Part shown: piece after piece, positions 25,801 through 36,508 of the stretch
How positions within the stretch are numbered: position 1 is the first letter of the stretch
How the letters are laid out: the number at the start of each line of letters is the position of its first letter
Source of the DNA: Heptranchias perlo
Taxonomy: Eukaryota
Direction of reading: 5' to 3'
Length of the DNA: 64,000 nt
Assembly (NCBI RefSeq): GCF_035084215.1
Contig: NC_090363.1
Coordinates: 3,224,001-3,288,000, forward strand
Translations under genes and position numbers: made by a program
Notes under the pieces: model-generated
Databases searched by the model: none
What the model was told of the DNA's origin: nothing
Seen by the model: the letters and a program-made list of their open reading frames with translations, nothing else

Positions 25801-25961
25801 CTTATGTTCTTATTTCTCCGCAGTACAGTTCTCCGCCAGCTGGTGGCGGTGTTGTACCGTGTAAAATTCGATAACAAAAGTAACAGCGCCATCTGTTGGA
25901 TGAGATCGGCATTGAAAGAATATATTTCTCCGCAGTACCGTTCTCTGCCAGCTGGTGGCGG
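22807..25961. promoter_or_regulatory. Array of about 14 CTCF-like motifs in alternating orientation within the last PPT2 intron (interrupted by a CR1)
   Basis: Cores CCAACAGATGGCGCTG (-: 23627, 23749, 25884), CCAGCTGGTGG(C/T)GG (+: 23690, 23812, 25836, 25948), CCAGCAGGTGGTGG (-: 23325), CCAATAGGTGGTGC (-: 22875); several are preceded by a (T/C)GCAGTACC-like upstream motif 8 nt away. Confidence 0.65.
24128..25810 (+). mobile_element. 5'-truncated CR1 LINE (RT), degenerate
   Basis: [45 protein letters not shown]1 3' tail. Confidence 0.93.
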
Positions 25962-26757
25962 TGTTGTACCGTGTAACAATCAATATATAAAAAAGGAACA
26001 GCAGGTGGTTCTAACGGACTGATTATTTTTCAACTGCGATTAAAAAGTTGAAATAGAAACAGAGATTATTGGAAATATACGAGGGGGAGTGGGACTGTCC
26101 GGAGATGACAGTCTTTATGTTAAAGTTTGGACTGGTCTTTTAAAAGAATCCAACAGGATATCCTGCTGTGGAAGAATTATGGAAACACAAAATTGTGGGG
26201 AATAGAAGGAAACTTGTTGACATTTCCCTTTTTTTGAAGGGCACTGAAGATTTTGGTTGGGACCCACTCATTTAGAAATTGTAACTCTTCCTGAGGCCTA
26301 GTCCCTTGGTGGGCACGTGCTTGGGCTGTTGCATTGTATAATGGGATGTCCTTGTATTCCCCTGTAAGTGTTTGTCCCTCTGTCCGTGTTCTGAGGGAAA
26401 ATTGCTCAAGACCTGAGTGCACGTGCCAGAAAATCTTTTTCTGATGAGCTCAAATGTTTAATTTTCCTTTCTTTTTTGTCCCCTCCACTCCTGAAGGGGC
26501 CGAGGGCGGTGCTGGGGCGGGGGGCCGAGGGCTGTGCTGGGGCGGGGGGCCGAGGGCTGTGCTGGGGCGGGGGGCCATGGGCTACAGGTGCCACCAATAT
26601 TTGGCCCAAGCAACCAGACTGACTGTGTGTCACAATGGGCGGGGAGAATCACAGTCCAGCCTGGGTTTGACAGTTTTAATTCGGAGCCACGAGTAATGTT
26701 GTGTTTAAGTGACAACCTCGAAATGTAATTTAAACTATGCTTTCTATTCCCATCCAG

Positions 26758-26901
26758 GTTTACCTCAAGGATGCGTTCGGCCTGAAAAGTCTGGACGCGA
26801 GGGGAGCCATTACCACCTTTGTGGTCAACAATGTGCATCACACCCAGTGGCACTCCAACCAGACGGTGTTTGACAACTGCATCATCAAGTGGCTCACGTA
26901 A
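26758..26901 (+). CDS. PPT2: PPT2 terminal coding exon with catalytic His ([47 protein letters not shown])
   Basis: cccatccag| acceptor, phase 0, TAA at 26899-26901; matches the PPT2 C-terminus (VYLRDSFGLKTL...HTAWHSNRTLYETCIEPWLS). Confidence 0.95.
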   Translation, partial: VYLKDAFGLKSLDARGAITTFVVNNVHHTQWHSNQTVFDNCIIKWLT

Positions 26902-28163
26902 AAAATAAGCGGGACATCTGTGTAGTTAAGGGCGGGTGAACTGTGAACTCAGAACATGCAGCAAACCAAACCGAACGGCACAAAGAAGTTCCCTCTGCGA
27001 GGGGGTGGGGGGAACACACTGAAGACCTGGAAGGTTTTCTGTGGGCCCCCAGTTTAAATGCAATGACAATCGCCACTGGAGGCTGATCTGAGTGAATGGA
27101 TCTAACCAGGTGGCACCAGTGCCTGTTTTACCTGCCTTAGTGTGTGATGGAGGGAGGGGGCAAAGAGTCCTACTGGTGAAGTCCAATCCAGGAAGGGAGA
27201 GTCCCAGTGTGATTTTAAGAATAAGCAAAAAGTTTACAAGTAACTTTCTTCATTTAATTCTCACCCTTCTCGTTCTTTTCCTGTCCACCCCTTCCCACTC
27301 CCCGCTGAGAGGGAGAGGAGACAGGGAACCTGCTCCAATGCTGAGAAAGGAATAGAAGGATATGCTGATAGGGTGAGATGAAGTCAGGAGGGAGGAGGCT
27401 CGTGTGGAGCATAAACACCAGCATGGACCTGTTGGGCCGAATGGCCTGTTTCTGTGCTGTACATTCTATGTAATGCTGCTTTTTAAGCTGACTGCTAACC
27501 ATGCAATCTGAATCCAATGTACAAAACATTTTCAGATATTAAGATTGATTCTGAAATGACTACCTCAGGTGTTCTGCCCCTTGACTCTTTGACAAACACT
27601 AATTAAACGGAGTGCGGCGGGAGTGGAGAAGAGGCAGATGGGCCACTCAAAGTCAAAATTAACCATCGTCATGTGAAGGATGGAAATCAGTCTGATCTGT
27701 GTCGATTAATCTGCAACCCACCCAGTGATTTATTGTATATCTACACTCTGCTGCCTCAGCTCAAATACCTCCTGGACAGGTTAATATTTCCATCCCAGAG
27801 TTGATGGCTGGGATTCTGCTGTGGTCTTCACTGGTTGAATTTGACTCCCCAATGCCTCCTATTGATTTGATTTCCCCTTCCTGACAAAGTTCTGTATCTG
27901 ACCAGTTCGGTCTGGTTTGTCTCTGTTCAGAATTCCCTTCTCCTTTTGTAACCTGGATGTTTAATCGTTTCAAAGGAAATTTGTGTTTTTGAAGGGACGA
28001 AGAGTGTTTTCTATATCTAAGCTTTTAAAATCATATTTCAAAGGAGTAGTTTTGAATGAATGAACTGAGTTTTTAAGGAACAAATATTTGAGATTTTTGT
28101 CTTTTATATAAAATGTGAAAGAACATTAAAGCAGGAAAATGTTTGAGCATCAAAAGTGAGCCA

Positions 28164-28409
28164 TGATGTGGAGATGCCGGTGATGGACTGGGGTGGACAA
28201 ATGTAAGGAGACGGACAACACCAGATTATAGTCCAACAGCTTTACTTGAAATCACGAGCTTTCGGAGCTTTGCTCCTTCGTCAGGTGAACCCCCGGCCCT
28301 CGGCCCTGACCCAAACCCCTCGGTCCTGACGAAGGAGCAAAGCTCCGAAAGCTTGTGATTTCAAATAAAGCTGTTGGACTATAACCTGGTGTTGTGCGTC
28401 TCCTTACAT
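28164..28409. mobile_element. Penelope-like inverted-repeat fragment; intact minus-strand hammerhead motif at 28252-28288
   Basis: tgatgtggagatgccggtgatggactgggg tail; arms about 28201-28288 and 28325-28409; minus strand tcac-CTGACGA-a-ggagc(aaa)gctcc-GAAA-gc-TC-gtga. Confidence 0.85.
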
Positions 28410-28494
28410 CAGAAATCTGAGGAGGCCCAATTCTCTCCATTGAAGGGGGACAAAGAGGCTGGGAACGGTTCGGATTAAAATGAGCTGCTTTTCC

Positions 28495-28589
28495 TTGTAG
28501 TGCCGCGTTCTCCCAGCAGGGGGTGGTATTGCACCGCATTAACCGCGCGGTGCGACACTGCCACCCACTGGCCGAGAGCGGTGCTGCGG
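28495..28589. promoter_or_regulatory. Convergent pair of CTCF-like sites with upstream motifs
   Basis: + TTGTAGTGCC-n8-CCAGCAGGGGGTGG; - CCGCAGCACC-n8-CCAGTGGGTGGCAG. Confidence 0.65.
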
Positions 28590-29029
28590 GAACCGCCCGT
28601 CGCTTTAAACCGCGCTTCAGGTGAATCGCTGCAACATCCGTGTCCATTTGACGAATATTGTTCGAGTCCGTTGGGCCTGCTTCACAACTTGTCGACCTCA
28701 AATCACCGGTGTAAAGTGATCATTGTCTGGTGTGAAATGATTGTTGAATACGGGGAAGCAGTGGTTCAGTTTGTCCCTCCATTGATTTATTTCATGTCTT
28801 GTGTTTTCCCGGGCGGATCACTCACAGACCCCCGGTGAGAATCCTCTTCCGACCGGGCTTCATGCGGGAAAGTTTCTGATGATCCGAATAAGTGAGCGTG
28901 AGGTGGTGGGTGAGGAGAGCGAGAAATGGCAGCTCAAGGGAGAGAAAAGTGAGTGATGTGACTGTGGGGAGGAGCCCGGCCGCCAGTCACTGGCACAATG
29001 ACGGTCGGCTCTTCCGGATCGGGCGGAGG

Positions 29030-29310
29030 AGCAGACCCGAAACCCGGACCCCGGACCCCGCCCCGGATCAGACCCGAACCCCGGCCCCGGATCAGACCCG
29101 AACCCCCGGCCCCGGATCAGACCCGAACCCCCGGCCCCGGATCAGACCCGAACCCCGGCCCCGGATCAGACCCGAACCCCCGGCCCCCGGACCCCGAGCC
29201 CTGACCCGAAACCCGGCCCCCGAGCCCTGACCCGAACCCTCCCCCCGGCCCTGACCCGAACCCTCGACCCTCGGTCCTCGGCCCTGACCCGGACCCGAAC
29301 CTCGCCCTGA
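29030..29310. repeat. GC/CpG-rich 24-25-bp tandem repeat (ccccggatcagacccgaacc(c)ccgg)
   Basis: Seen directly, degenerating to the right. Confidence 0.9.
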
Positions 29311-29766
29311 AATAAAAACTGGAAATGCCCAGCGGGTCCACGAGGGTCTGAAGAGAGGAAGTTGATCAATGTTTCTGGGTGTCGGTCTTCACCAGAAGAG
29401 GCTGTCAAATGGTCTGCGGCTGGAACATTAAACCATCTCTCTTTTCAGATGCACTTTTAGTTTTTAAAAATCTTATAAGAAATGTAGTTTATTTTAATGA
29501 TGAGATTTGTTCAACTAATTCCCTGATAATATCCTGAGTGTGTAAACACTCTGAAGATGAATGGTAGAGTTTGGTTTTGATTGGGAATGTGTGAGAATGT
29601 GAAGGCTGAGGATCTTCCGCTGTGTCTGTTTGTTTTAGCCATGTACAAATCTCACTTGTTCCAGTCGATCTTTCTGCGGCTTTGCATTTCATACATTTTA
29701 AAAAGTCTTTAATTTGGTGTCACACTTGATTAAAGTCCAGTCTTTCTTTGTCCTGTTTACAAACAG

Positions 29767-29858
29767 CTGCAGTTGCACCAAGATCCTGACAGTGGCGCCA
29801 TTGAGTCTATAGGAATTCTCTGAACAGCGCCATCAACAGGCGTTTGGTGTTACTGCAG
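29767..29858. promoter_or_regulatory. Second convergent pair of CTCF-like sites
   Basis: + CTGCAGTTGC-n8-CCTGACAGTGGCGCC; - CTGCAGTAAC-n8-CCTGTTGATGGCGCTG. Confidence 0.55.
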
Positions 29859-30798
29859 CACCATGTCGGGAGGCAAAAACATCTCCTCAATTTAGCTTTT
29901 ACATTGGAACATGGGAACAGGAGTGGGCCATTCAGCCCCTCGAGCCTGTTCCGCCATTCAATTAGATCACGGCTGATCTGTACCTCAACTCCATTTAGCT
30001 ACCTTTGATCCATATCCCTTTAATTTGGTATATGTTAAGACATTACAATACCTCTTCCATGAGCTTAACCCAACTGCCTGATGTATGAACAAGAGCCCGG
30101 AAATTACACAAGGATATTATCCTACAAACACTTCACAATTCTATCGAACTCCTGTGTTGGCTATTTTAACGGCACCTTTATCCTATTTGATTTAAACTGG
30201 TAATGCCTCCAAGTTAAAAGTGTACAGAGGAGTTTGGTGAGTGCTGAGCACTCGGACAATGATAACATAAGAAATAGGAGCAGGAGCAGGAGTAGGCCAA
30301 TCGGCCCCTCGGCATCATTAACCCTCGGCATCATTACAGATTCTTAATCAGTTTACAGATATTCAACTCTTGTTAATAATTAGTTTGACAAAAGTTAATC
30401 CTTGTGGAAGAGAGACAAAAAATTGTGGGGTATATTTTAAATTCCTGACACACTTGATACATAAACATGGTGGGGGGGAGGTCATTTAGTTTGCAGGTGT
30501 GAGGGGGACAACTAATGCAATACACAATATTGTGCATTCAGTGTTACTGTGCATTTTATAAAGAATATCATCATTTTGACACACTGGCTGCTCTGCTTCC
30601 AGTGTTTCAACAGCAATAGAACTTTTAATTTTTAAATTATTGTGATTCTAACATGTCACTGCCGGGTGAATTCCTGGGCCCTGCCTGGATCAGCAGCTCA
30701 TCTCCTGTAATATAGACTTTATTTCACTAGTGGTTGCATATGCGGGTTGTGGGATTAGTGTTCATACCATTTGTATCCTTTGCACACTAGAAATGTTT

Positions 30799-30963
30799 AT
30801 TGTAAACAATTTTACAACACCAAGTTATAGTCCAGCAATTTTATTTTAAATTCACAAGCTTTCGGAGATTTCCTCCTTCCTCAGGCAAATGTTTCAAGAG
30901 CTCCTTGAAGCCTACGCATTTATACATATAGAACAATACATGGTGTTTACAGACTGCCCCTGC
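30799..30963 (-). mobile_element. Penelope-like terminal fragment with hammerhead motif (30852-30888)
   Basis: Near identical to 35016-35205 and to the left arm of 54903-55725. Confidence 0.8.
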
Positions 30964-33423
30964 AGAAATGTTTAGGATATTTCCCTTGTGTTGAAGAATG
31001 GAGGGATAAATAGAACATATCCAGACTGAGCACGACGAGATCCCAGGAGCAAATCTTCAGGTTTGCTGACAGCTTTCACCCGCTCCATCCGAGCTGTTTG
31101 TGAAGCTCTTCATCTGAGCCGGGTCTTTCCTCCCCTTCACTTTCAACTGTAGTTTTTGTTTCCGTTTTATTCTGGTTGAACGGCAAGAAGGATTCTTGTT
31201 TTAGCGACCAAACCCAGGAATAGTGATTAGTCCAAAATCCCGGAAAGCATAACCAGTGTCTGCTGTGATTGGCATGTGTAAATGAGAGAAGGGAAATAAT
31301 GCTTGAATATTTAATTTTCAGATCTATTGATATTTAATAAATAGATAGCGATGCAAAAACCTTTCCCCATGCAGTTCTCGATATGTGACTGTAATAGAGG
31401 TGGGGTTATCCATGACAGCTGCTGATTTAGAGGGAGCAAAATGTCCCATAGATGTTGATTATGAGGGTGCAATGCACCCCCAGTCTGAGGAGATTGGCTT
31501 TGTTCCATTCAGCGATGGGCTGGGCCCATTGTTTAATACAAGTTGGTGCCTATGGTGTCCAACAGTGATCTGGTAGGATGTTGTACACTGTAAGGCTGAC
31601 ATCATTATAGAGAGGGGTTCACAGTCAAATCCAGACATGGACTGGATATGTAGGGAAGGCAGTTCTGTAGGATATTGGCCAGAGCTGTAATATCTAGATA
31701 AACTGAGGGGGGGGGTGGAATATACTGAACCAGAATCAACCATATGTGATGATTCAACAAACTGAGCTTTCTCTGTAATCATTGTAACTTGTTTCCACCT
31801 TTTTGCAGATTGTTTGTAAATGATTCCAATGTTGCCTCATTCTTCTACTGTCCAATAAAAGTATTTTAAAGAGCGTGTGACTAGAGAATTTTAAAATCAA
31901 GGCATTCTCGGACTGGGAGGCAATATAGACCCTAAGCTCTGGAATTCCCTCTTTAAACCTTTCTGCCTCTACCTCTCTCCTCCTTTCAAGACGCTCCTTA
32001 AAACCTATCTCTTTGACCAAGCTTTTGGTCACCTGTCCTAATGTCTCCTTATGTGGCTCGGTGTCAAATTTTGTTTGATAATTGCTCCTGTGAAGCGACC
32101 TGGGACATTTTACTACATTAAAGGGTGGGTTGGGGGACAGGTAAAGAATGAACACCACCAGATCCCTTTCAGTGAGACATCAGCTGTTGCAGTCTGAGCT
32201 CCCACCACAGCAGCTCATTTGCTGCCCCATTTGCTGGGGCTTACTGTGATCTGTGGACCCTTTTCTCCAGCAAAGCTATAACAGGGCCTGGAGCTAACGG
32301 CTTCACAACCTGTGGAGTAAACTGCAAACAGCTTCATTGATTTGGTCGCAAAAAATAAAAGATGCGCCTCCACGTTTTATTCCTCAGGTATCCAGCAACA
32401 CATATCATTAGTGACAAGGGAAAAAAACTAACAATCTCTATTTAAAGAGGATTGAGGGAGTTTGGGAATCTTTAGTTTAAAGAGTTTTATTTTTCCTTGC
32501 AGTTCACTAGGGTACCAGATGGTTTTGACTATTTTAATTGGACTAAAAAGGGTGGCACTGGGACATAAATTGGGACGACAAGGGACAAGGGACCCCTCAA
32601 CCCGAGGAGGGCACCACTAATAAAACAGTCTTACACAAGGCCCAGCACTCCTACTCCTTCTGATCCTCAAGGAACCTTTCAGAAATGTTAAAATGTAATA
32701 CTTACCTGGGCTCTCTGGCCCTATACTGCTTGCACGATTCACACATCTGAGTTAAATTTATATCCGGGTCTGAATGATGTCATTGGACCTCGACATTTCA
32801 ACATTCGTGAGTGCCCCCCCATCTCAACACCGTGTGCAGCGGACTCACCTCCACACTCCCGAAACCCTGGGAATTGAAATAGCAGTGGAGGCACAGTGGG
32901 CTGCCATTTAAACCCCCAGGCAGGCGGGCAGGGTTAAAATCTAGGCCTGTGTGAAACAGAAAGTGTTACACACACTCATAAGCATAAAAACACGCTTTTA
33001 AAAAAGTTTATTGGTTAATCATTTGCGTTTTCTACTTCATGCACATTTTAAATCTATTACCAATTATAACTTGGATATCTTTGTTGGCTTAAGACTGCAA
33101 AAATACTGTTTCTTAGAAGGATGGGGGCACACATGGGATAGAGATCTTGAAGGGGGTTGCGCAAAAGAAGTTTGGTAATCACTGGAGTAGTGGAGGGTTA
33201 GAAAATTCATTGCATATTATTGTAACTTGTAATAAATCCCCAGGTTTTATGTAGTTTACATAAATGAAAAGCTCTTGAAATATGTTCTTCACAACACGGT
33301 GGTGACGCTGCTGTTTAAATCCAGATGTGCTGCTCCCTGCCCTGGGATTACACACGAGACCCGCCGAGTACCACTTGTTAGGAATGAGTGACCATCACTC
33401 AATTTGGTAACTCAACGAAAAGC

Positions 33424-33441
33424 GGAAGTGAAAGTGAAAGT
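33424..33441 (+). promoter_or_regulatory. ETS-IRF composite element overlapping an IRF-E/ISRE (GGAAGTGAAAGTGAAAGT), putative butyrophilin promoter
   Basis: Exact GGAAnnGAAA plus GAAAGTGAAAGT; lies about 90 bp upstream of a strong donor (GAG|gtgagt at 33530) in a locally CpG-richer stretch. Confidence 0.7.
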
Positions 33442-33449
33442 TTTCAGGA

Positions 33450-33530
33450 CTTGCTGCAGTGAATGTGCGCACTCGTTACAGATCGGTTGGAAGGCGGAAA
33501 ATCTTAGATCAGATTGTCGGAAAGTGAGAG
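33450..33530 (+). other. Putative non-coding first exon of the butyrophilin gene (start approximate)
   Basis: Consensus donor GAG|gtgagt just downstream of the ISRE-like element; next exon has an acceptor at 35281. Confidence 0.55.
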
Positions 33531-35015
33531 GTGAGTCCCAAATATTCTTTAATTCTCAGTGAGATTGGGCCGCTTTTATTAATGGTGAAAGGTCCCAACC
33601 TAATACAAGGTGTTGATCGGGGAGCTGCTGGAGATCGTCCAGCGAAACGTTGAAAACTTTATAAAATGTCTGTAATCATCGAACAGTGTGTGTAACTGGG
33701 CCCTATCGGTATAAGGGAACGGTAGGGAGAGGTCATTTTACATATTAAACCGTTAAGGGCAAACAGAGCGATCAGAAAGAGACACGGAAGTAAAATGGAG
33801 GAACAAAATCTTGGGCCGGCCATTAAATTAAACTTTACCCACTGGGTGTTTACATTTAAAGTCAAATAGTTCAGCCCTGTAGATAGTTGCGGAATCTCCT
33901 CTCTTGAAATAAATCTTTAATCCAAGAGCTTCATGTTAATTAATCTACACTGAATGCAGTTTGCTACTTTGCTTAAATACAGTCTCTTTAAGGCGTGGTC
34001 GGAAACATTAATTTCAACATTTGAAGTGTAATTCGAGCAGATCTCCTCTTGTGGCACTGCACTCGATAGCTCAGCGGATATTAATAAAAAGCACAATACT
34101 ACAGATGCTGGAAATCTGAAACAAAAGCGGAAAAAGTTGGGAAACACGCAACAGATCAATTACCATCGATAGTATCTCTTCCCTTGAAATAAATTTGTGT
34201 CCAAGAGCTTCTCCTGTGCTAAAACCACCCGCTATTGGTCTCTTGCACATCCTCCTTTTTAATCGCTCCACCATTGGTGGCCGTGCCTTCAGCTGCCTGG
34301 ACCCTAAACTCTGGAATTCCCTCCCTAAACCTCTCCACCTCTCTCCTCCTTTAAGACCCTCCTTAAAATCTACCTCTTTGACCAAGCTTTTGGTCACTGA
34401 TCCTAATATCTCCTTATGTGGCTCGGTGTCAAAATTTTTTTGATAATCACTCCCGTGAAGCATTCGTGGGACATTTTACTACGTTAAAGGGAATTCCAGA
34501 GCTGAGGCTGCTGAAGGCACGGCCACCAGTGTTGGAGCGATGAAAATCAGGGATGTGCAACAGGCCAGAATTGGAGGAGCGCAGAGATCTGGGAGGGTTG
34601 TCGAGCTGGTGGAGGTTACAAAGATAGGGAGGGGTGAGGCCATGAAGTAATTTGCACCCTGATCACTTATTCCTGGTTTAATTTGTTGACCCTTTTCACC
34701 CTTGGTGTTGCTCTGCCCTATGGAGCCTGACCTTGGTTTCTCATTAAAAAGGTTACTCTTGTGCTGGTCTTTTTTTAAAAAAAACATATTTTCTCTTGTG
34801 TGACAAAGTAAATGTAATAATCCATAAATTCAGGAATGTGAAAGCAAAATTCTATTAATAAGCAAAACTAGGAATGTTTTCAGAGTTATTTTACTAAATT
34901 CATAGTAGTTTATTTGACCATAAAAAGAGTTAAATCTGTGGAGTGAGAGTTTTACATTTCACCAGAAAAATGGTAGAAGTGGCACACAGTCTGTTTAACA
35001 ATGGCATGTTAATAC

Positions 35016-35205
35016 TGATGTGGAGATGCCGGTGATGGACTGGGGTTCACAATTGTAAACAATTTTACAACACCAAGTTATAGTCCAGCAATTTTATTTT
35101 AAATTCACAAGCTTTCGGAGACTTCCTCCTTCCTCAGGTAAATGTTCAAGAGCTCCTTGAAGCCTACGCATTTATACATATAGAACAATACATGGTGTTT
35201 ACAGA
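35016..35205 (-). mobile_element. Penelope-like terminal fragment with hammerhead motif (35105-35141)
   Basis: Same tail; flanked by the direct repeat tgttaatactg; minus strand ttac-CTGAGGA-a-ggag..ctcc-GAAA-gc-TT-gtga. Confidence 0.8.
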
Positions 35206-35312
35206 ATGGTGTGTTAATACTGCACATAGAACATAAGATTTATGACACATAATGAGAACTGCATCACTTTTCTATGATCAGGAGATGGTTATTCGGCTAA
35301 GATCTCACAACG

Positions 35313-35370
35313 ATGGAAGAAATGAACCTCATTGTGCTTTTACTCTTTGGGATTCTGTTCTCTGTATATG
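35313..35370 (+). CDS. Butyrophilin-like gene, signal peptide exon (MEEMNLIVLLLFGILFSVY)
   Basis: ATG in good context, hydrophobic leader, phase-1 donor G|gtaagg compatible with the IgV exon; acceptor tctatgatcag| at 35281. Confidence 0.8.
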
Positions 35371-36302
35371 GTAAGGAATATTAACATTTATTCATTTAAT
35401 TATATTTTTACATTTTATGCAATACCCAACATAATATTCTGCTGTGAAGGTGAAGCTGTGTCTCTTAAGACTGTAAAGTCTAATTATTAAGTAAACATAG
35501 GCTGAGGTCTTTCAGAATTTAACTGCTGATTGGTTAGTAGACTTTCTTTGGAAAAATGCTCAGACTGGAGGTTAGAAAAGCAGTTCAAGAGAAACCAGCA
35601 TCTTAAGATTGTTTTGTAGGAGTAGCAGATGCACAAAATCTGACATCTGCTTGCAATGAAGAACCATTTTTAATAATATTACAGGAACTATCACATTTCA
35701 AGATATCAGACCATGCCTGCAAGGGTTAGGGGGGATGCAAACATTAGTGTAATTCATGTTGAAAATACTACTATTGAGCTAAACTTAGCTCTGAAGGGGT
35801 TAAAATCACAGGCCAGTAGGGCTGGCGGATGTATATTACGTTTCAGATGGATGATCTAAATGACCGTCTTTCAGACAATGAAAGATAGTTGTTGCTATGA
35901 CAATCCCATTCATTTGAAATCAGCAGACATCATTGTCAAGTTAAGCTGATGGGCTGCACTCTTTGGGGGGGTGGTGGAGGTAACTATTTTGACTAAAAGC
36001 TAACACTGGAGTCAGACTTTTAAGAGGAGAGACACACAGCAAAAAAGGGTTTTGGAAACAAGACTGCACAGGCTGTCTGACAGCAGAAGGCTGTTAAAAA
36101 AAAAAAAGAGGCGTCTGCAGGGACAGGAGGCTCTGGAGGACTGCAGAATAGAATGCAGGCGGGCTATTCTGATCAAGTTAATTAAGACAATTCACTGAAG
36201 TGCGCTGCACAGTGCATTCATTATTTATTCATGTGATCACATGAAGATAAGTTATATCGATCGAATTAAGTGAATCTGATCTCAATTATTGATCTGTATC
36301 CA

Positions 36303-36508
36303 TGATGTGGAGATGCCGGTGATGGACTGGGGTGGACAAATGTAAGGAGTCCTACAACACCCGGTTATAGTCCAACCGCTTTATTTGAAATCACAAGCTT
36401 TCGGAGCTTTGCTCCTTTGTCAGGTGACGAAGGAGCAAAGCTCTGAAAGCTTCTGATTTCAAATAAAGCTGTTGGACTATAACCTGGTGTTGTAGGACTC
36501 CTTACATT
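36303..36508. mobile_element. Penelope-like inverted-repeat fragment with mutated hammerhead cores
   Basis: Inverted arms, direct repeat attgatctgtat at 36288-36299 and 36506-36517; cores read CTGACAA or are truncated. Confidence 0.8.

Noticed and set aside
26902-33400. EGFL8 or another coding gene between PPT2 and the butyrophilin
   Set aside because: No EGF-like or other recognisable coding exons were found; the short ORFs derive from repeats.
33290-33420. MHC-type SXY module upstream of the butyrophilin gene
   Set aside because: TGACGC and TGGTAAC half-sites exist, but order and spacing with a CCAAT box do not fit.
36391-36456. Active hammerheads in the 36.3-kb Penelope fragment
   Set aside because: Core nucleotides are mutated (CTGACAA) or truncated.
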